Shown here: positions 51,106 through 64,000 of the stretch, one piece after another
Layout of the letters: every line of letters starts with the position of its first letter
Numbering within the stretch: position 1 is the first letter of the stretch
NCBI GenBank assembly: GCA_043228905.1
Contig: JBHGNT010000040.1
Location: 1-64,000, forward strand
DNA from: Azolla caroliniana
Lineage: Eukaryota; Plantae; Polypodiophyta
Length of the DNA stretch: 64,000 nt
Direction: 5' to 3'
The notes under the pieces: model-generated
The model's input: only the letters and a program-made list of their open reading frames with translations
Database searches by the model: none
What the model was told of the DNA's origin: nothing
Translations under genes and position numbers: made by a program

Positions 51106-54100
51106 TTTCTTCATGTCTCGCGACCTGGGTTTCAAAATCTTGATTTTCTAATTCCATATTATAGCTAGTGTTATTAGCTTCTATTCGCATGATGTAACAC
51201 TAAAATCGGATATCACACGAGCCAGGTATGATAATTTTAATTTACTCACTTGCTCTTCTCAACTCCCTCCTCAAATTTACTAATTTCTCCATGTCTCTCG
51301 ACCTGAGTTTCAAAAACTTGATTTTTTAATTCCATATCATAGCTAGTGTTGTTAGCTTCGATTCGCATCTTTGAACACTAAAATCCGATATCACACGAGC
51401 CAGGTATGACAACTTTAATTTACTCACGCGCTCTACTCAACTCCCTTCTCTAATTTACTAATTTCTTCATGTCTCTCGACCTGAGTTTCAAAATCTGGAT
51501 TATTTAATTCCATATCATAGCTAGTGTTATTAGCTTCGATTCGCATGATGGAACACTAAAATCGGATATCACACGAGCCAGTTATGAACATTTTAATTTA
51601 CTCACGCGCTCTTCTCAACTCCCTCCTCTAATTTACTAATTTCTTCATGTCTCTCGACCTGAGTTTCAAAATCTGGATTTTTTAATTCCATATCATAGCT
51701 AGTGTTGTTAGCTTCGATTCGCATGTTTGAACACTAAAATCCGATATCACTCGAGCCAGGTATGACAATTTTAATTTACTCACGCGCTCTTCTCAACTCC
51801 CTCCTCTAATTTACTACTTTCTTCATGTCTCTCGACCTGAGTTTCAAAATCTTGATTTTTTAATTCCATATCATAGCTAGTGTTATTAGCTGCGATTCGC
51901 ATGATTGGAACACTAAAATCCGATATCACACGAGCCAGTTATGAACATTTTAATTTACTCACGCGCTCTTCTCAACTCCCTCCTCAAATTTGCTAATTTC
52001 TTCATGTCTCTCGACCTGAGTTTCAAAATCTTGATTTTTTAATTCCATATCATAGCTAGTGTTATTAGCTTCGATTCACATGATGGAACACTAAAATCGG
52101 ATATCACACGAGGCAGTTATGAACATTTTAATTTACTCACGCGCTCTTCTCAACTCCCTCCTCTAATTTACTAATTTCTTCATGTCTCTCGACCTAAGTT
52201 TCAAAATCTTGATTTTTTAACTCCATATCATAGCTAGTGTTGTTAGCTTCGATTCGCATGTTTGAACACTAAAATCCGATATCACTCGAGCTAGGTATGA
52301 CAATTTGAATTTACTCACGCGCTCTTCTCAACTCCCTCCTCTAATTTACTAATTTCTTCATGTCTCTCGACCTGAGTTTCAAAATCTTGATTTTTTAAAT
52401 CCATATCATAGCTAGTGTTATTAGCTGCGATTCGCACGAGTTGAACACTAAAATCCGAGATCACACCAGCCAGTTATGAACATTTTAATTTACTCACGCG
52501 CTCTTCTCAACTCCCTCCTCAAATTTGGTAATTTCTTCATGTCTCTCGACCTGAGTTTCAAAATCTTGATTATTTAATTCCATATCAGAGCTAGTGTTGT
52601 TAGCTTCGATTCGCATCTTTGAACACTAAAATCCGATATCACACGAGCCAGGTATGACAACTTTAATTTACTCACGCGCTCTTCTCAACTCCCTCCTCAA
52701 ATTTGGTAATTTCTTCATGTCTCTCGACCTAAGTTTAAAAATCTGGATTATTTAATTCCATATCAGAGCTAGTGTTGTTAGCTTCGATTCGCATCTTTGA
52801 ACACTAAAATCCGATATCACACGAGCCAGGTATGACAACTTTAATTTACTCACGCGCTCTTCTCAACTCCCTCCTCAAATTTGGTAATTTCTTCATGTCT
52901 CTCGACCTAAGTTTAAAAATCTGGATTTTTTAATTCCATATCATAGCTAGTGTTATTAGCTGCGATTCGCATGATTTGAACACTAAAATCCGATATCACA
53001 CGAGCCAGTTATGAACATTTTAATTTACTCACGCGCTCTTCTCAACTCCCTCCTCTAATTTACTAATTTCTTCATGTCTCTCGACCTAAGTTTCAAAATC
53101 TTGATTTTTTAACTCCATATCATAGCTAGTGTTGTTAGCTTCGATTCGCATGTTTGAACACTAAAATCCGATATCACTCGAGCTAGGTATGACAATTTGA
53201 ATTTACTCACGCGCTCTTCTCAACTCCCTCCTCTAATTTACTAATTTCTTCATGTCTCTCGACCTGAGTTTCAAAATCTTGATTTTTTAAATCCATATCA
53301 TAGCTAGTGTTATTAGCTGCGATTCGCACGAGTTGAACACTAAAATCCGATATCACACCAGCCAGTTATGAACATTTTAATTTACTCACGCGCTCTTCTC
53401 AACTCCCTCCTCAAATTTGGTAATTTCTTCATGTCTCTCGACCTGAGTTTCAAAATCTTGATTTTTTAATTCCATATCAGAGCTAGTGTTGTTAGCTTCG
53501 ATTCGCATGTTTGAACACAAAAATTGGATATCACACGAGCCAGGTATGACAATTTTAATTTACTCACGCGATCTTCTCAACTCCCTCGTCTGATTTACTA
53601 ATTTCTTCATGTCTCTTGACCTGAGTTTCAAATTCTTGATTTTCTAATTCCATATCAAAGCTAGTGTTGTTAGCTTCGATTCGCATCTTTGAACACTAAA
53701 ATCCGATATCACACGAGCCAGGTATGACAACTTTAATTTACTCACGCGCTCTTCTCAACTCCCTCCTCAAATTTGGTAATTTCTTCATGTCTCTCGACCT
53801 AAGTTTAAAAATCTGGATTTTTTAATTCCATATCATAGCTAGTGTTATTAGCTGCGATTCGCATGATTTGAACACTAAAATCCGATATCACACGAGCCAG
53901 TTATGAACATTTTAATTTACTCACGCGCTCTTCTCCACTCCCTCCTCAAATTTGGTAATTTCTTCATGTCTCTCGACCTGAGTTTTAAAATCTTGATTTT
54001 CTAATTCCATATCATAGCTAGTGTTGTTAGCTTTGATTCGCATGTTTGAACACAACAATCCCATATCACACGAGCCAGGTACGAACATTTTAATTTACTC

Positions 54101-56199
54101 ACGCGCTCTTCTCAACTCCCTCCTCAAATTTGGTAATTTCTTCATGTCTCTCGACCTGAGTTTCAAAATCTAGATTTTTTAATTCCATATCATAGCTAGT
54201 GTTGTTAGCTTCGATTCGCATGTTTGAACACTAAATTCCAATATCACTCGAGCCAGGTATGACAATTTGAATTTACTCACGCGCTCTTCTCAACTCCCTC
54301 CTCTAATTTACTAATTTCTTCATGTCTCTCGACCTGAGTTTCAAAATCTTGATTGTTTAAATCCATATCATAGCTAGTGTTATTAGCTGCGATTCGCACG
54401 AGTTGAACACTAAAATCCGATATCACACCAGCCAGTTATGAACATTTTAATTTACTCACGCGCTCTTCTCAACTCCCTCCTCAAATTTGGTAATTTCTTC
54501 ATGTCTCTCGACCTGAGTTTCAAAATCTTGATTATTTAATTCCATATCAGAGCTAGTGTTGTTAGCTTCGATTCGCATCTTTGAACACTAAAATCCGATA
54601 TCACACGAGCCAGGTATGACAACTTTAATTTACTCACGCGCTCTTCTCAACTCCCTCCTCAAATTTGGTAATTTCTTCATGTCTCTCGACCTAAGTTTAA
54701 AAATCTGGATTTTTTAATTCCATATCATAGCTAGTGTTATTAGCTTCGATTCGCATGATTTGAACACTAAAATCCGATATCACACGAGCCAGGTATGACA
54801 ACTTTAATTTACTCACGCGCTCTTCTCAACTCCCTCCTCAAATTTGGTAATTTCTTCATGTCTCTCGACCTAAGTTTAAAAATCTGGATTTTTTAATTCC
54901 ATATCATAGCTAGTGTTATTAGCTGCGATTCGCATGATTTGAACACTAAAATCCGATATCACACGAGCCAGTTATGAACATTTTAATTTACTCACGCGCT
55001 CTTCTCAACTCCCTCCTCTAATTTACTAATTTCTTCATGTCTCTCGACCTGAGTTTCAAAATCTTGATTTTTTAAATCCATATCATAGCTAGTGTTATTA
55101 GCTGCGATTCGCACGAGTTGAACACTAAAATCCGATATCACACCAGCCAGTTATGAACATTTTAATTTACTCACGCGCTCTTCTCAACTCCCTCCTCAAA
55201 TTTGGTAATTTCTTCATGTCTCTCGACCTGAGTTTCAAAATCTTGATTTTTTAATTCCATATCAGAGCTAGTGTTGTTAGCTTCGATTCGCATGTTTGAA
55301 CACAAAAATTGGATATCACACGAGCCAGGTATGACAATTTTAATTTACTCACGGGATCTTCTCAACTCCCTCGTCTGATTTACTAATTTCTTCATGTCTC
55401 TTGACCTGAGTTTCAAAATCTTGATTTTCTAATTCCATATCAAAGCTAGTGTTGTTAGCTTCGATTCGCATCTTTGAACACTAAAATCCGATATCACACG
55501 AGCCAGGTATGACAACTTTAATTTACTCACGCGCTCTTCTCAACTCCCTCCTCAAATTTGGTAATTTCTTCATGTCTCTCGACCTAAGTTTAAAAATCTG
55601 GATTTTTTAATTCCATATCATAGCTAGTGTTATTAGCTGCGATTCGCATGATTTGAACACTAAAATCCGATATCACACGAGCCAGTTATGAACATTTTAA
55701 TTTACTCACGCGCTCTTCTCCACTCCCTCCTCAAATTTGGTAATTTCTTCATGTCTCTCGACCTGAGTTTCAAAATCTTGATTTTCTAATTCCATATCAT
55801 AGCTAGTGTTGTTAGCTTTGATTCGCATGTTTGAACACAACAATCCCATATCACACGAGCCAGGTACGAACATTTTAATTTACTCACGCGCTCTTCTCAA
55901 CTCCCTCCTCAAATTTGGTAATTTCTTCATGTCTCTCGACCTGAGTTTCAAAATCTGGATTTTTTAATTCCATATCATAGCTAGTGTTGTTAGCTTCGAT
56001 TCGCATGTTTGAACACTAAATTCCAATATCACTCGAGCCAGGTATGACAATTTTAATTTACTCACGCGCTCTTCTCAACTCCCTCCTCTAATTTGCTAAT
56101 TTCTTCATGTCTCTCGATCTGAGTTTCAAAATCTTGATTTTTTAATTCCATATCATAGCTAGTGTTGTTATCTTTGATTCGCATGATGGAACCCTAAAA

Positions 56200-59100
56200 T
56201 CGGATATCACACGAGCCAGGTATGACAATTTTAATTTACTCACGCGATCTTTTCAAATCCCTCCTCTGATTTACTAATTTCATCATGTCTCTCGACCTGA
56301 GTTTCAAAATCTTGATTTTCTAATTCCATATCATAGCTAGTGTTGTTAGCTTCGATTCACATGTTTGAACACAACAATCTCATATCACACGAGCCAGGTA
56401 CGAACATTTTAATTTACTCACGCGCTCTTCTCAACTCCCTCCTCTAATTTGCTAATTTCTTCATGTCTCTCGACCTGAGTTTCAAAATCTTGATTTTTTA
56501 ATTCCATATCATAGCTAGTGTTGTTAGCTGCGATTCGCATGTTTGAACACAACAATCCCATATCACACGAGCCAGGTACGAACATTTTAATTTACTCACG
56601 CGGTCTTCTCAACTCCCTCCTCTAATTTGGTAATTTCTTTATGTCTCCCGACCTGAGTTTCAAAATCTTAATTTTTTAATTCCATATCATAGCTAGTGTT
56701 GTTAGCTTCGATTCGCATGTTTGAACACAAAAATAGGATATCACACGAGCCAGGTATGACAATTTTAATTTACTGACGCGATCTTCTCAACTCCCTCCTC
56801 TGATTTACTAATTGCATCATGTCTCTCGACCTGAGTTTCAAAATCTTGATTTTCTAATTCCATATCATAGCTATTGTTAATAGCTTCGATTCGCATGTTT
56901 GAACACAACAATCCCATATCACACGAGCCAGGTACGAACATTTTAATTTACTCACGCGCTCTTCTCAACTCCCTCCTCTAATTTGCTAATTTCTTCATGT
57001 CTCTCGACCTGAGTTTCAAAACCTTGATTTTTTAATTCCATATCATAGCTAGTGTTGTTAGCTTCGATTCGCATCTTTGAACATTAAAATCCGATATCAC
57101 ACGACAATTTTAATTTACTCACCTGCTCTTCTCAACTCCCTCCTCAAATTTGGTAATTTCTTCATGTCTCTCGACCTGAGTTTCAAAATTTTGATTTTTT
57201 AATTGCATATCATAGCTAGTGTTATTAGCTTCGATTCGCATGATGGAACACTAAAATCGAATATCACACATCCCAGGTATGAACATTTTAATTTACTCAC
57301 GTGCTCTTCTCAACACCCTCCTCTAATTTACTAATTTCTTCATGTCTCTCGACCTGAGTTTCAAAATCTTGACTTTTTAAATCCATATCATAGCTAGTGT
57401 TATTAGCTGCGATTCGCATGATTTGAACACTAAAATCCGATATCACACGAGCTAGTTATGAACATTTTAATTTACTCACGCGCTCTTCTCCACTCCCTCC
57501 TCAAATTTGGTAATTTCTTCATGTCTCTCGACCTGAGTTTCAAAATCTTGATTTTTTAATTCCATATCAGAGCTAGTGTTGTTAGCTTCGATTCGCATGT
57601 TTGAACACAAAAATCGGATATCACACGAGCCAGGTATGACAATTTTAATTTACTCACGCGATCTTCTCAACTCCCTCGTCTGATTTACTAATTTCTTCAT
57701 GTCTCTTGACCTGAGTTTCAAAATCTTGATTTTCTAATTCCATATCAAAGCTAGTGTTGTTAGCTTCGATTCGCATCTTTGAACACTAAAATCCGATATC
57801 ACACGAGCCAGGTATGACAACTTTAATTTACTCACGCGCTCTTCTCAACTCCCTCCTCAAATTTGGTAATTTCTTCATGTCTCTCGACCTAAGTTTAAAA
57901 ATCTGGATTTTTTAATTCCATATCATAGCTAGTGTTATTAGCTGCGATTCGCATGATTTGAACACTAAAATCCGATATCACACGAGCCAGTTATGAACAT
58001 TTTAATTTACTCACGCGCTCTTCTCCACTCCCTCCTCAAATTTGGTAATTTCTTCATGTCTCTCGACCTGAGTTTCAAAATCTTGATTTTTTAATACCAT
58101 ATCATAGCTAGTGTTGTTACCTTCGATTCGCATGTTTGAACACAAAACTCGGATATCACACGAGCCAGGTATGACAATTTTAATTTACTCACGCGATCTT
58201 TTCAAATCCCTCCTCTGATTTACTAATTTCATCATGTCTCTCGACCTGAGTTTCAAAATCTTGATTTTCTAATTCCATATCATAGCTAGTGTTGTTAGCT
58301 TCGATTCACATGTTTGAACACAACAATCTCATATCACACGAGCCAGGTACGAACATTTTAATTTACTCACGCGCTCTTCTCAACTCCCTCCTCTAATTTG
58401 CTAATTTCTTCATGTCTCTCGACCTGAGTTTCAAAATCTTGATTTTTTAATTCCATATCATAGCTAGTGTTGTTAGCTGCGATTCGCATGTTTGAACACA
58501 ACAATCCCATATCACACGAGCCAGGTACGAACATTTTAATTTACTCACGCGGTCTTCTCAACTCCCTCCTCTAATTTGGTAATTTCTTTATGTCTCCCGA
58601 CCTGAGTTTCAAAATCTTAATTTTTTAATTCCATATCATAGCTAGTGTTGTTAGCTTCGATTCGCATGTTTGAACACAAAAATAGGATATCACACGAGCC
58701 AGGTATGACAATTTTAATTTACTGACGCGATCTTCTCAACTCCCTCCTCTGATTTACTAATTGCATCATGTCTCTCGACCTGAGTTTCAAAATCTTGATT
58801 TTCTAATTCCATATCATAGCTATTGTTAATAGCTTCGATTCGCATGTTTGAACACAACAATCCCATATCACACGAGCCAGGTACGAACATTTTAATTTAC
58901 TCACGCGCTCTTCTCAACTCCCTCCTCTAATTTGCTAATTTCTTCATGTCTCTCGACCTGAGTTTCAAAATCTTGATTTTTTAATTCCATATCATAGCTA
59001 GTGTTGTTAGCTTCGATTCGCATCTTTGAACATTAAAATCCGATATCACACGACAATTTTAATTTACTCACCTGCTCTTCTCAACTCCCTCCTCAAATTT

Positions 59101-60700
59101 GGTAATTTCTTCATGTCTCTCGACCTGAGTTTCAAAATTTTGATTTTTTAATTGCATATCATAGCTAGTGTTATTAGCTTCGATTCGCATGATGGAACAC
59201 TAAAATCGAATATCACACATCCCAGGTATGAACATTTTATTTTACTCACGTGCTCTTCTCAACACCCTCCTCTAATTTACTAATTTCTTCATGTCTCTCG
59301 ACCTGAGTTTCAAAATCTTGACTTTTTAAATCCATATCATAGCTAGTGTTATTAGCTGCGATTCGCATGATTTGAACACTAAAATCCGATATCATACGAG
59401 CTAGTTATGAACATTTTAATTTACTCACGCGCTCTTCTCCACTCCCTCCTCAAATTTGGTAATTTCTTCATGTCTCTCGACCTGAGTTTCAAAATCTTGA
59501 TTTTTTAATTCCATATCAGAGCTAGTGTTGTTAGCTTCGATTCGCATGTTTGAACACAAAAATCGGATATCACACGAGCCAGGTATGACAATTTTAATTT
59601 ACTCACGCGATCTTCTCAACTCCCTCGTCTGATTTACTAATTTCTTCATGTCTCTTGACCTGAGTTTCAAAATCTTGATTTTCTAATTCCATATCAAAGC
59701 TAGTGTTGTTAGCTTCGATTCGCATCTTTGAACACTAAAATCCGATATCACACGAGCCAGGTATGACAACTTTAATTTACTCACGCGCTCTTCTCAACTC
59801 CCTCCTCAAATTTGGTAATTTCTTCATGTCTCTCGACCTAAGTTTAAAAATCTGGATTTTTTAATTCCATATCATAGCTAGTGTTATTAGCTGCGATTCG
59901 CATGATTTGAACACTAAAATCCGATATCACACGAGCCAGTTATGAACATTTTAATTTACTCACGCGCTCTTCTCCACTCCCTCCTCAAATTTGGTAATTT
60001 CTTCATGTCTCTCGACCTGAGTTTCAAAATCTTGATTTTTTAATACCATATCATAGCTAGTGTTGTTACCTTCGATTCGCATGTTTGAACACAAAAATCG
60101 GATATCACACGAGCCAGGTATGACAATTTTAATTTACTCACGCGATCTTTTCAAATCCCTCCTCTGATTTACTAATTTCATCATGTCTCTCGACCTGAGT
60201 TTCAAAATCTTGATTTTTTAATTCCATTTCATAGCTAGTGTTGTTAGCTTCGATTCACATGTTTGAACACAACAATCTTATATCACACGAGCCAGGTACG
60301 AACATTTTAATTTACTCACGCGCTCTTCTCAACTCCCTCCTCTAATTTGCTAATTTCTTCATGTCTCTCGACCTGAGTTTCAAAATCTTGATTTTTTAAT
60401 TCCATATCATAGCTAGTGTTGTTAGCTTCGATTCGCATCTTTGAACATTAAAATCCGATATCACACGACAATTTTAATTTACTCACCTGTTCTTCTCAAC
60501 TCCCTCCTCAAATTTGGTAATTTCTTCATGTTTCTCGACCTGAGTTTCAAAATTTTGATTTTATAATTGCATATCATAGCTAGTGTTATTAGCTTCGATT
60601 CGCATGATGGAACACTAAAATCGAATATCACACATCCCAGGTATGAACATTTTAATTTACTCACGTGCTCTTCTCAACACCCTCCTCTTATTTACTAATT
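56200..60700 (+). repeat. 11-monomer (1949-bp) duplication plus a shortened third copy in the inner array; boundaries approximate
   Basis: A monomer with an 11-bp deletion (CACACGA^CAATTTT) occurs at 57098, 59047 and 60462. Spacings are 1949 (11x178-11+2) and 1415 (8x178-11+2). Confidence 0.8.
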
Positions 60701-62339
60701 TATTCATGTCTTGCGACCTGAGTTTCAAAATCTTGACTTTTTAATTCCATATCATAGCTAGTGTTATTAGCTGCGATTCGCATGATTTGAACACTAAAGT
60801 CCGATATCACACGAGCTAGTTATGAACATTTTAATTTACTCACGCGCTCTTCTCCACTCCCTCCTCAAATTTGGTAATTTCTTCATGTCTCTCGACCTGA
60901 GTTTCAAAATCTTGATTTTTTAATTCCATATCATAGCTAGTGTTGTTAGCTTCGATTCGCATGTTTGAACACAAAAATCGGATATCACACGAGCCAGGTA
61001 TGACAATTTTAATTTACTCACGCGATCTTCTCAACTCCCTCCTCTGATTTACTAATATCATCATGTCTCTCGACCTGAGTTTCAAAATCTTTATTTTCTA
61101 ATTCCATATCATAGCTAGTGTTGTTAGCTTCGATTCGCATGCTTGAACACAACAATCCCATATCACACGAGCCAGGTACGAACATTTTAATTTACTCACG
61201 CGCTCTTCTCAACTCCCTCCTCTAATTTGGTAATTTCTTCATGTCTCTCGACCTGAGTTTCAAAATCTTGATTTTTTAATTCCATATCATAGCTAGTGTT
61301 GTTAGCTGCGATTCGCATGTTTGAACACAACAATCCCATATCACAGAAGCCAGGTACGAACATTTTAATTTACTCACGCGGTCTTCTCAACTCCCTCCTC
61401 TAATTTGGTAATTTCTTTATGTCTCCCGACCTGAGTTTCAAAATCTTAATTTTTTAATTCCATATCATAGCTAGTGTTGTTAGCTTCGATTCGCATGTTT
61501 GAACACAAAAATAGGATATCACACGAGCCAGGTATGACAATTTTAATTTACTGACGCGATCTTCTCAACTCCCTCCTCTGATTTACTAATTGCATCATGT
61601 CTCTCGACCTGAGTTTCAAAATCTTGATTTTCTAATTCCATATCATAGCTATTGTTAATAGCTTCGATTCGCATGTTTGAACACAACAATCCCATATCAC
61701 ACGAGCCAGGTACGAACATTTTAATTTACTCACGCGCTCTTCTCAACTCCCTCCTCTAATTTGCTAATTTCTTCATGTCTCTCGACCTGAGTTTCAAAAT
61801 CTTGATTTTTTAATTCCATATCAATGCTAGTGTTGTTAGCTTTGATTTGCATGTTTAAACACTAAAATCGGATATCACACGAGCCAGGTATGACAATTTT
61901 AATTTACTCACCTGCTCTTCTCAACTCCCTCCTCAAATTTGGTAATTTCTTCATGTCTCTCGACCTGAGTTTCAAAATCTTGATTTTTTAATTCCATATC
62001 ATAGCTAGTGTTATTAGCTTTGATTTGCATGATGGAACACTAAAATCGAATATCACACGTCCCAGGTATGAACATTTTAATTTACTCACGTGCTCTTCTC
62101 AACACCCTCCTGTTATTTACTAATTTATTCATGTCTTGCGACCTGAGTTTCAAAATCTTGATTTTTTAATTCCATATCATAGCTAGTGTTATTAGCTGCT
62201 ATTCGCATGATTTGAAAACTAAAATCCGATATCACACGAGCTAGTTATGAACATTTTAATTTACTCACGCGCTCTTCTCCACTCCCTCCTCAAATTTGGT
62301 AATTTCTTCATGTCTCTCGACCTGAGTTTCAAAATCTGG

Positions 62340-62479
62340 CCCTCCCCTCCCCACCCACCATCCAACCTCGCCCTCATAGGAACTTTAGAACTGCACTACA
62401 CAATCTCAAAAAAAATCAAGACATAGTTATTAAACCCGCGGATAAAAATCTAGGCACGTGCATTCTCTCTAAGGATTGG
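62340..62479 (+). mobile_element. 140-bp second copy of the 5' end of the PLE fragment
   Basis: Matches 49757-49896 with one substitution seen (G49834 vs C62417). The left junction CAAAATCTGG|CCCTCCCC is identical. It returns to satellite at CATAGTTGTTAGC. Confidence 0.93.
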
Positions 62480-64000
62480 CATAGTTGTTAGCTTCGATTC
62501 GCATGTTTGAACACTAAAATCCGATATCACTCGAGCCAGGTATGACAATTTTAATTTACTCACGCGCTCTTCTCAACTCCCTCCTCTAATTTACTAATTT
62601 CTTCATGTCTCTCGACCTGAGTTTCAAAATCTTGATTTTTTAAATCCATATCATAGCTAGTGTTATTAGCTGCGATTCGCACGAGTTGAACACTAAAATC
62701 CGATATCACACGAGCCAGTTATGAACATTTTAATTTACTCACGCGCTCTTCTCAACTCCCTCCTCAAATTTGGTAATTTCTTCATGTCTCTCGACCTGAG
62801 TTTCAAAATCTTGATTTTCTAATTCCATATCATAGCTAGTGTTGTTAGCTTCGATTCGCATGTTTGAACACAAAAATCGGATATCACACGAGTCAGGTAT
62901 GACAATTTTAATTTACTCACGCGATCTTCTCAACTCCCTCGTCTGATTTACTAATTTCTTCATGTCTCTTGACCTGAGTTTCAAAATCTTGATTTTCTAA
63001 TTCCATATCAAAGCTAGTGTTGTTAGCTTCGATTCGCATCTTTGAACACTAAAATCCGATATCACACGAGCCAGGTATGACAACTTTAAGTTACTCACGC
63101 GCTCTTCTCAACTCCCTCCTCAAATTTGGTAATTTCTTCATGTCTCTCGACCTAAGTTTCAAAATCTGGATTTTTTAATTCCATATCATAGCTAGTGTTA
63201 TTAGTTGCGATTCGCATGATTTGAACACTAAAATGCGATATCACACGAGCCAGTTATGAACATTTTAATTTACTCACGCGCTCTTCTCCACTCCCTCCTC
63301 AAATTTGGTAATTTCTTCATGTCTCTCGACCTGAGTTTCAAAATCTTGATTTTTTAATTCCATATCATAGCTAGTGTTGTTAGCTTCGATTCGCATGTTT
63401 GAACACAAAAATCGGATATCACACGAGCCAGGTATGACAATTTTAATTTACTCACGCGATCTTCTCAACTCCCTCCTCTGATTTACTAATATCATCATGT
63501 CTCTCGACCTGAGTTTCAAAATCTTTATTTTCTAATTCCATATCATAGCTAGTGTTGTTAGCTTCGATTCGCATGCTTGAACACAACAATCCCATATCAC
63601 ACGAGCCAGGTACGAACATTTTAATTTACTCACGCGCTCTTCTCAACTCCCTCCTCTAATTTGGTAATTTCTTCATGTCTCTCGACCTGAGTTTCAAAAT
63701 CTTGATTTTTTAATTCCATATCATAGCTAGTGTTGTTAGCTGCGATTCGCATGTTTGAACACAACAATCCCATATCACAGAAGCCAGGTACGAACATTTT
63801 AATTTACTCACGCGGTCTTCTCAACTCCCTCCTCTAATTTGGTAATTTCTTTATGTCTCCCGACCTGAGTTTCAAAATCTTAATTTTTTAATTCCATATC
63901 ATAGCTAGTGTTGTTAGCTTCGATTCGCATGTTTGAACACAAAAATAGGATATCACACGAGCCAGGTATGACAATTTTAATTTACTGACGCGATCTTCTC

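Larger units (their letters stand above)
51083..64000 (+). repeat. 178-bp satellite tandem array, inner part (different variant set), runs off the window
   Basis: Same monomer and orientation. Characteristic variants include GCTGCGATTC, CAGTTATGAAC, ATCTGGAT, CCTAAGTTTAAAA and AACAATCCCA. Interrupted at 62340-62479. Confidence 0.97.

Noticed and set aside
49697-51142. Apparent ~60-bp target-site duplication around the PLE fragment
   Set aside because: The two flanks are the same monomer region but differ at several positions, so they are different monomers out of register, not a TSD.
56190-56198. AACCCTAAA inside a monomer as another telomerase scar
   Set aside because: One substitution from the consensus AACACTAAA explains it.
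2328-64000. Identity with Arabidopsis CEN178
   Set aside because: Only the length matches. I see no sequence resemblance to CEN178 as I know it; BLASTN would settle it.
2328-64000. CRISPR-like array
   Set aside because: No unique spacers; whole monomers repeat, in a eukaryotic telomeric context.

Overview
This window is the left end of a eukaryotic chromosome. It opens with about 2.3 kb of plant-type telomere, (CCCTAAA)n on the + strand, joined directly to a single-orientation head-to-tail array of a 178-bp AT-rich satellite. The array has roughly 340 monomers (estimated from length) and fills the rest of the window. It has layered higher-order structure: a ~7-monomer unit, a 19-monomer block present three times, a 32-monomer-offset duplication, and a different variant set beyond ~47 kb. 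Apart from these repeats, the only sequence is a 1.33-kb doubly truncated Penelope-like (PLE) reverse-transcriptase fragment (49757-51082, one in-frame TAA) and a 140-bp second copy of its 5' end with the same left junction (62340-62479). Telomeric DNA also occurs inside the satellite: two identical inverted TTTAGGG tracts (40846-40887, 44006-44047) and one in-register single-unit replacement (10076-10085). Every telomere-type junction shares a GTT/GTTT microhomology with the satellite. The PLE 3' junction uses the same monomer position (AACTCCCTCCTC) as the single-unit insertion, which suggests the satellite offers telomere-like 3' ends extended by both telomerase and a PLE RT (inference). 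There are no intact host genes; the short ORFs in the array are artefacts. The organism cannot be identified from this window.
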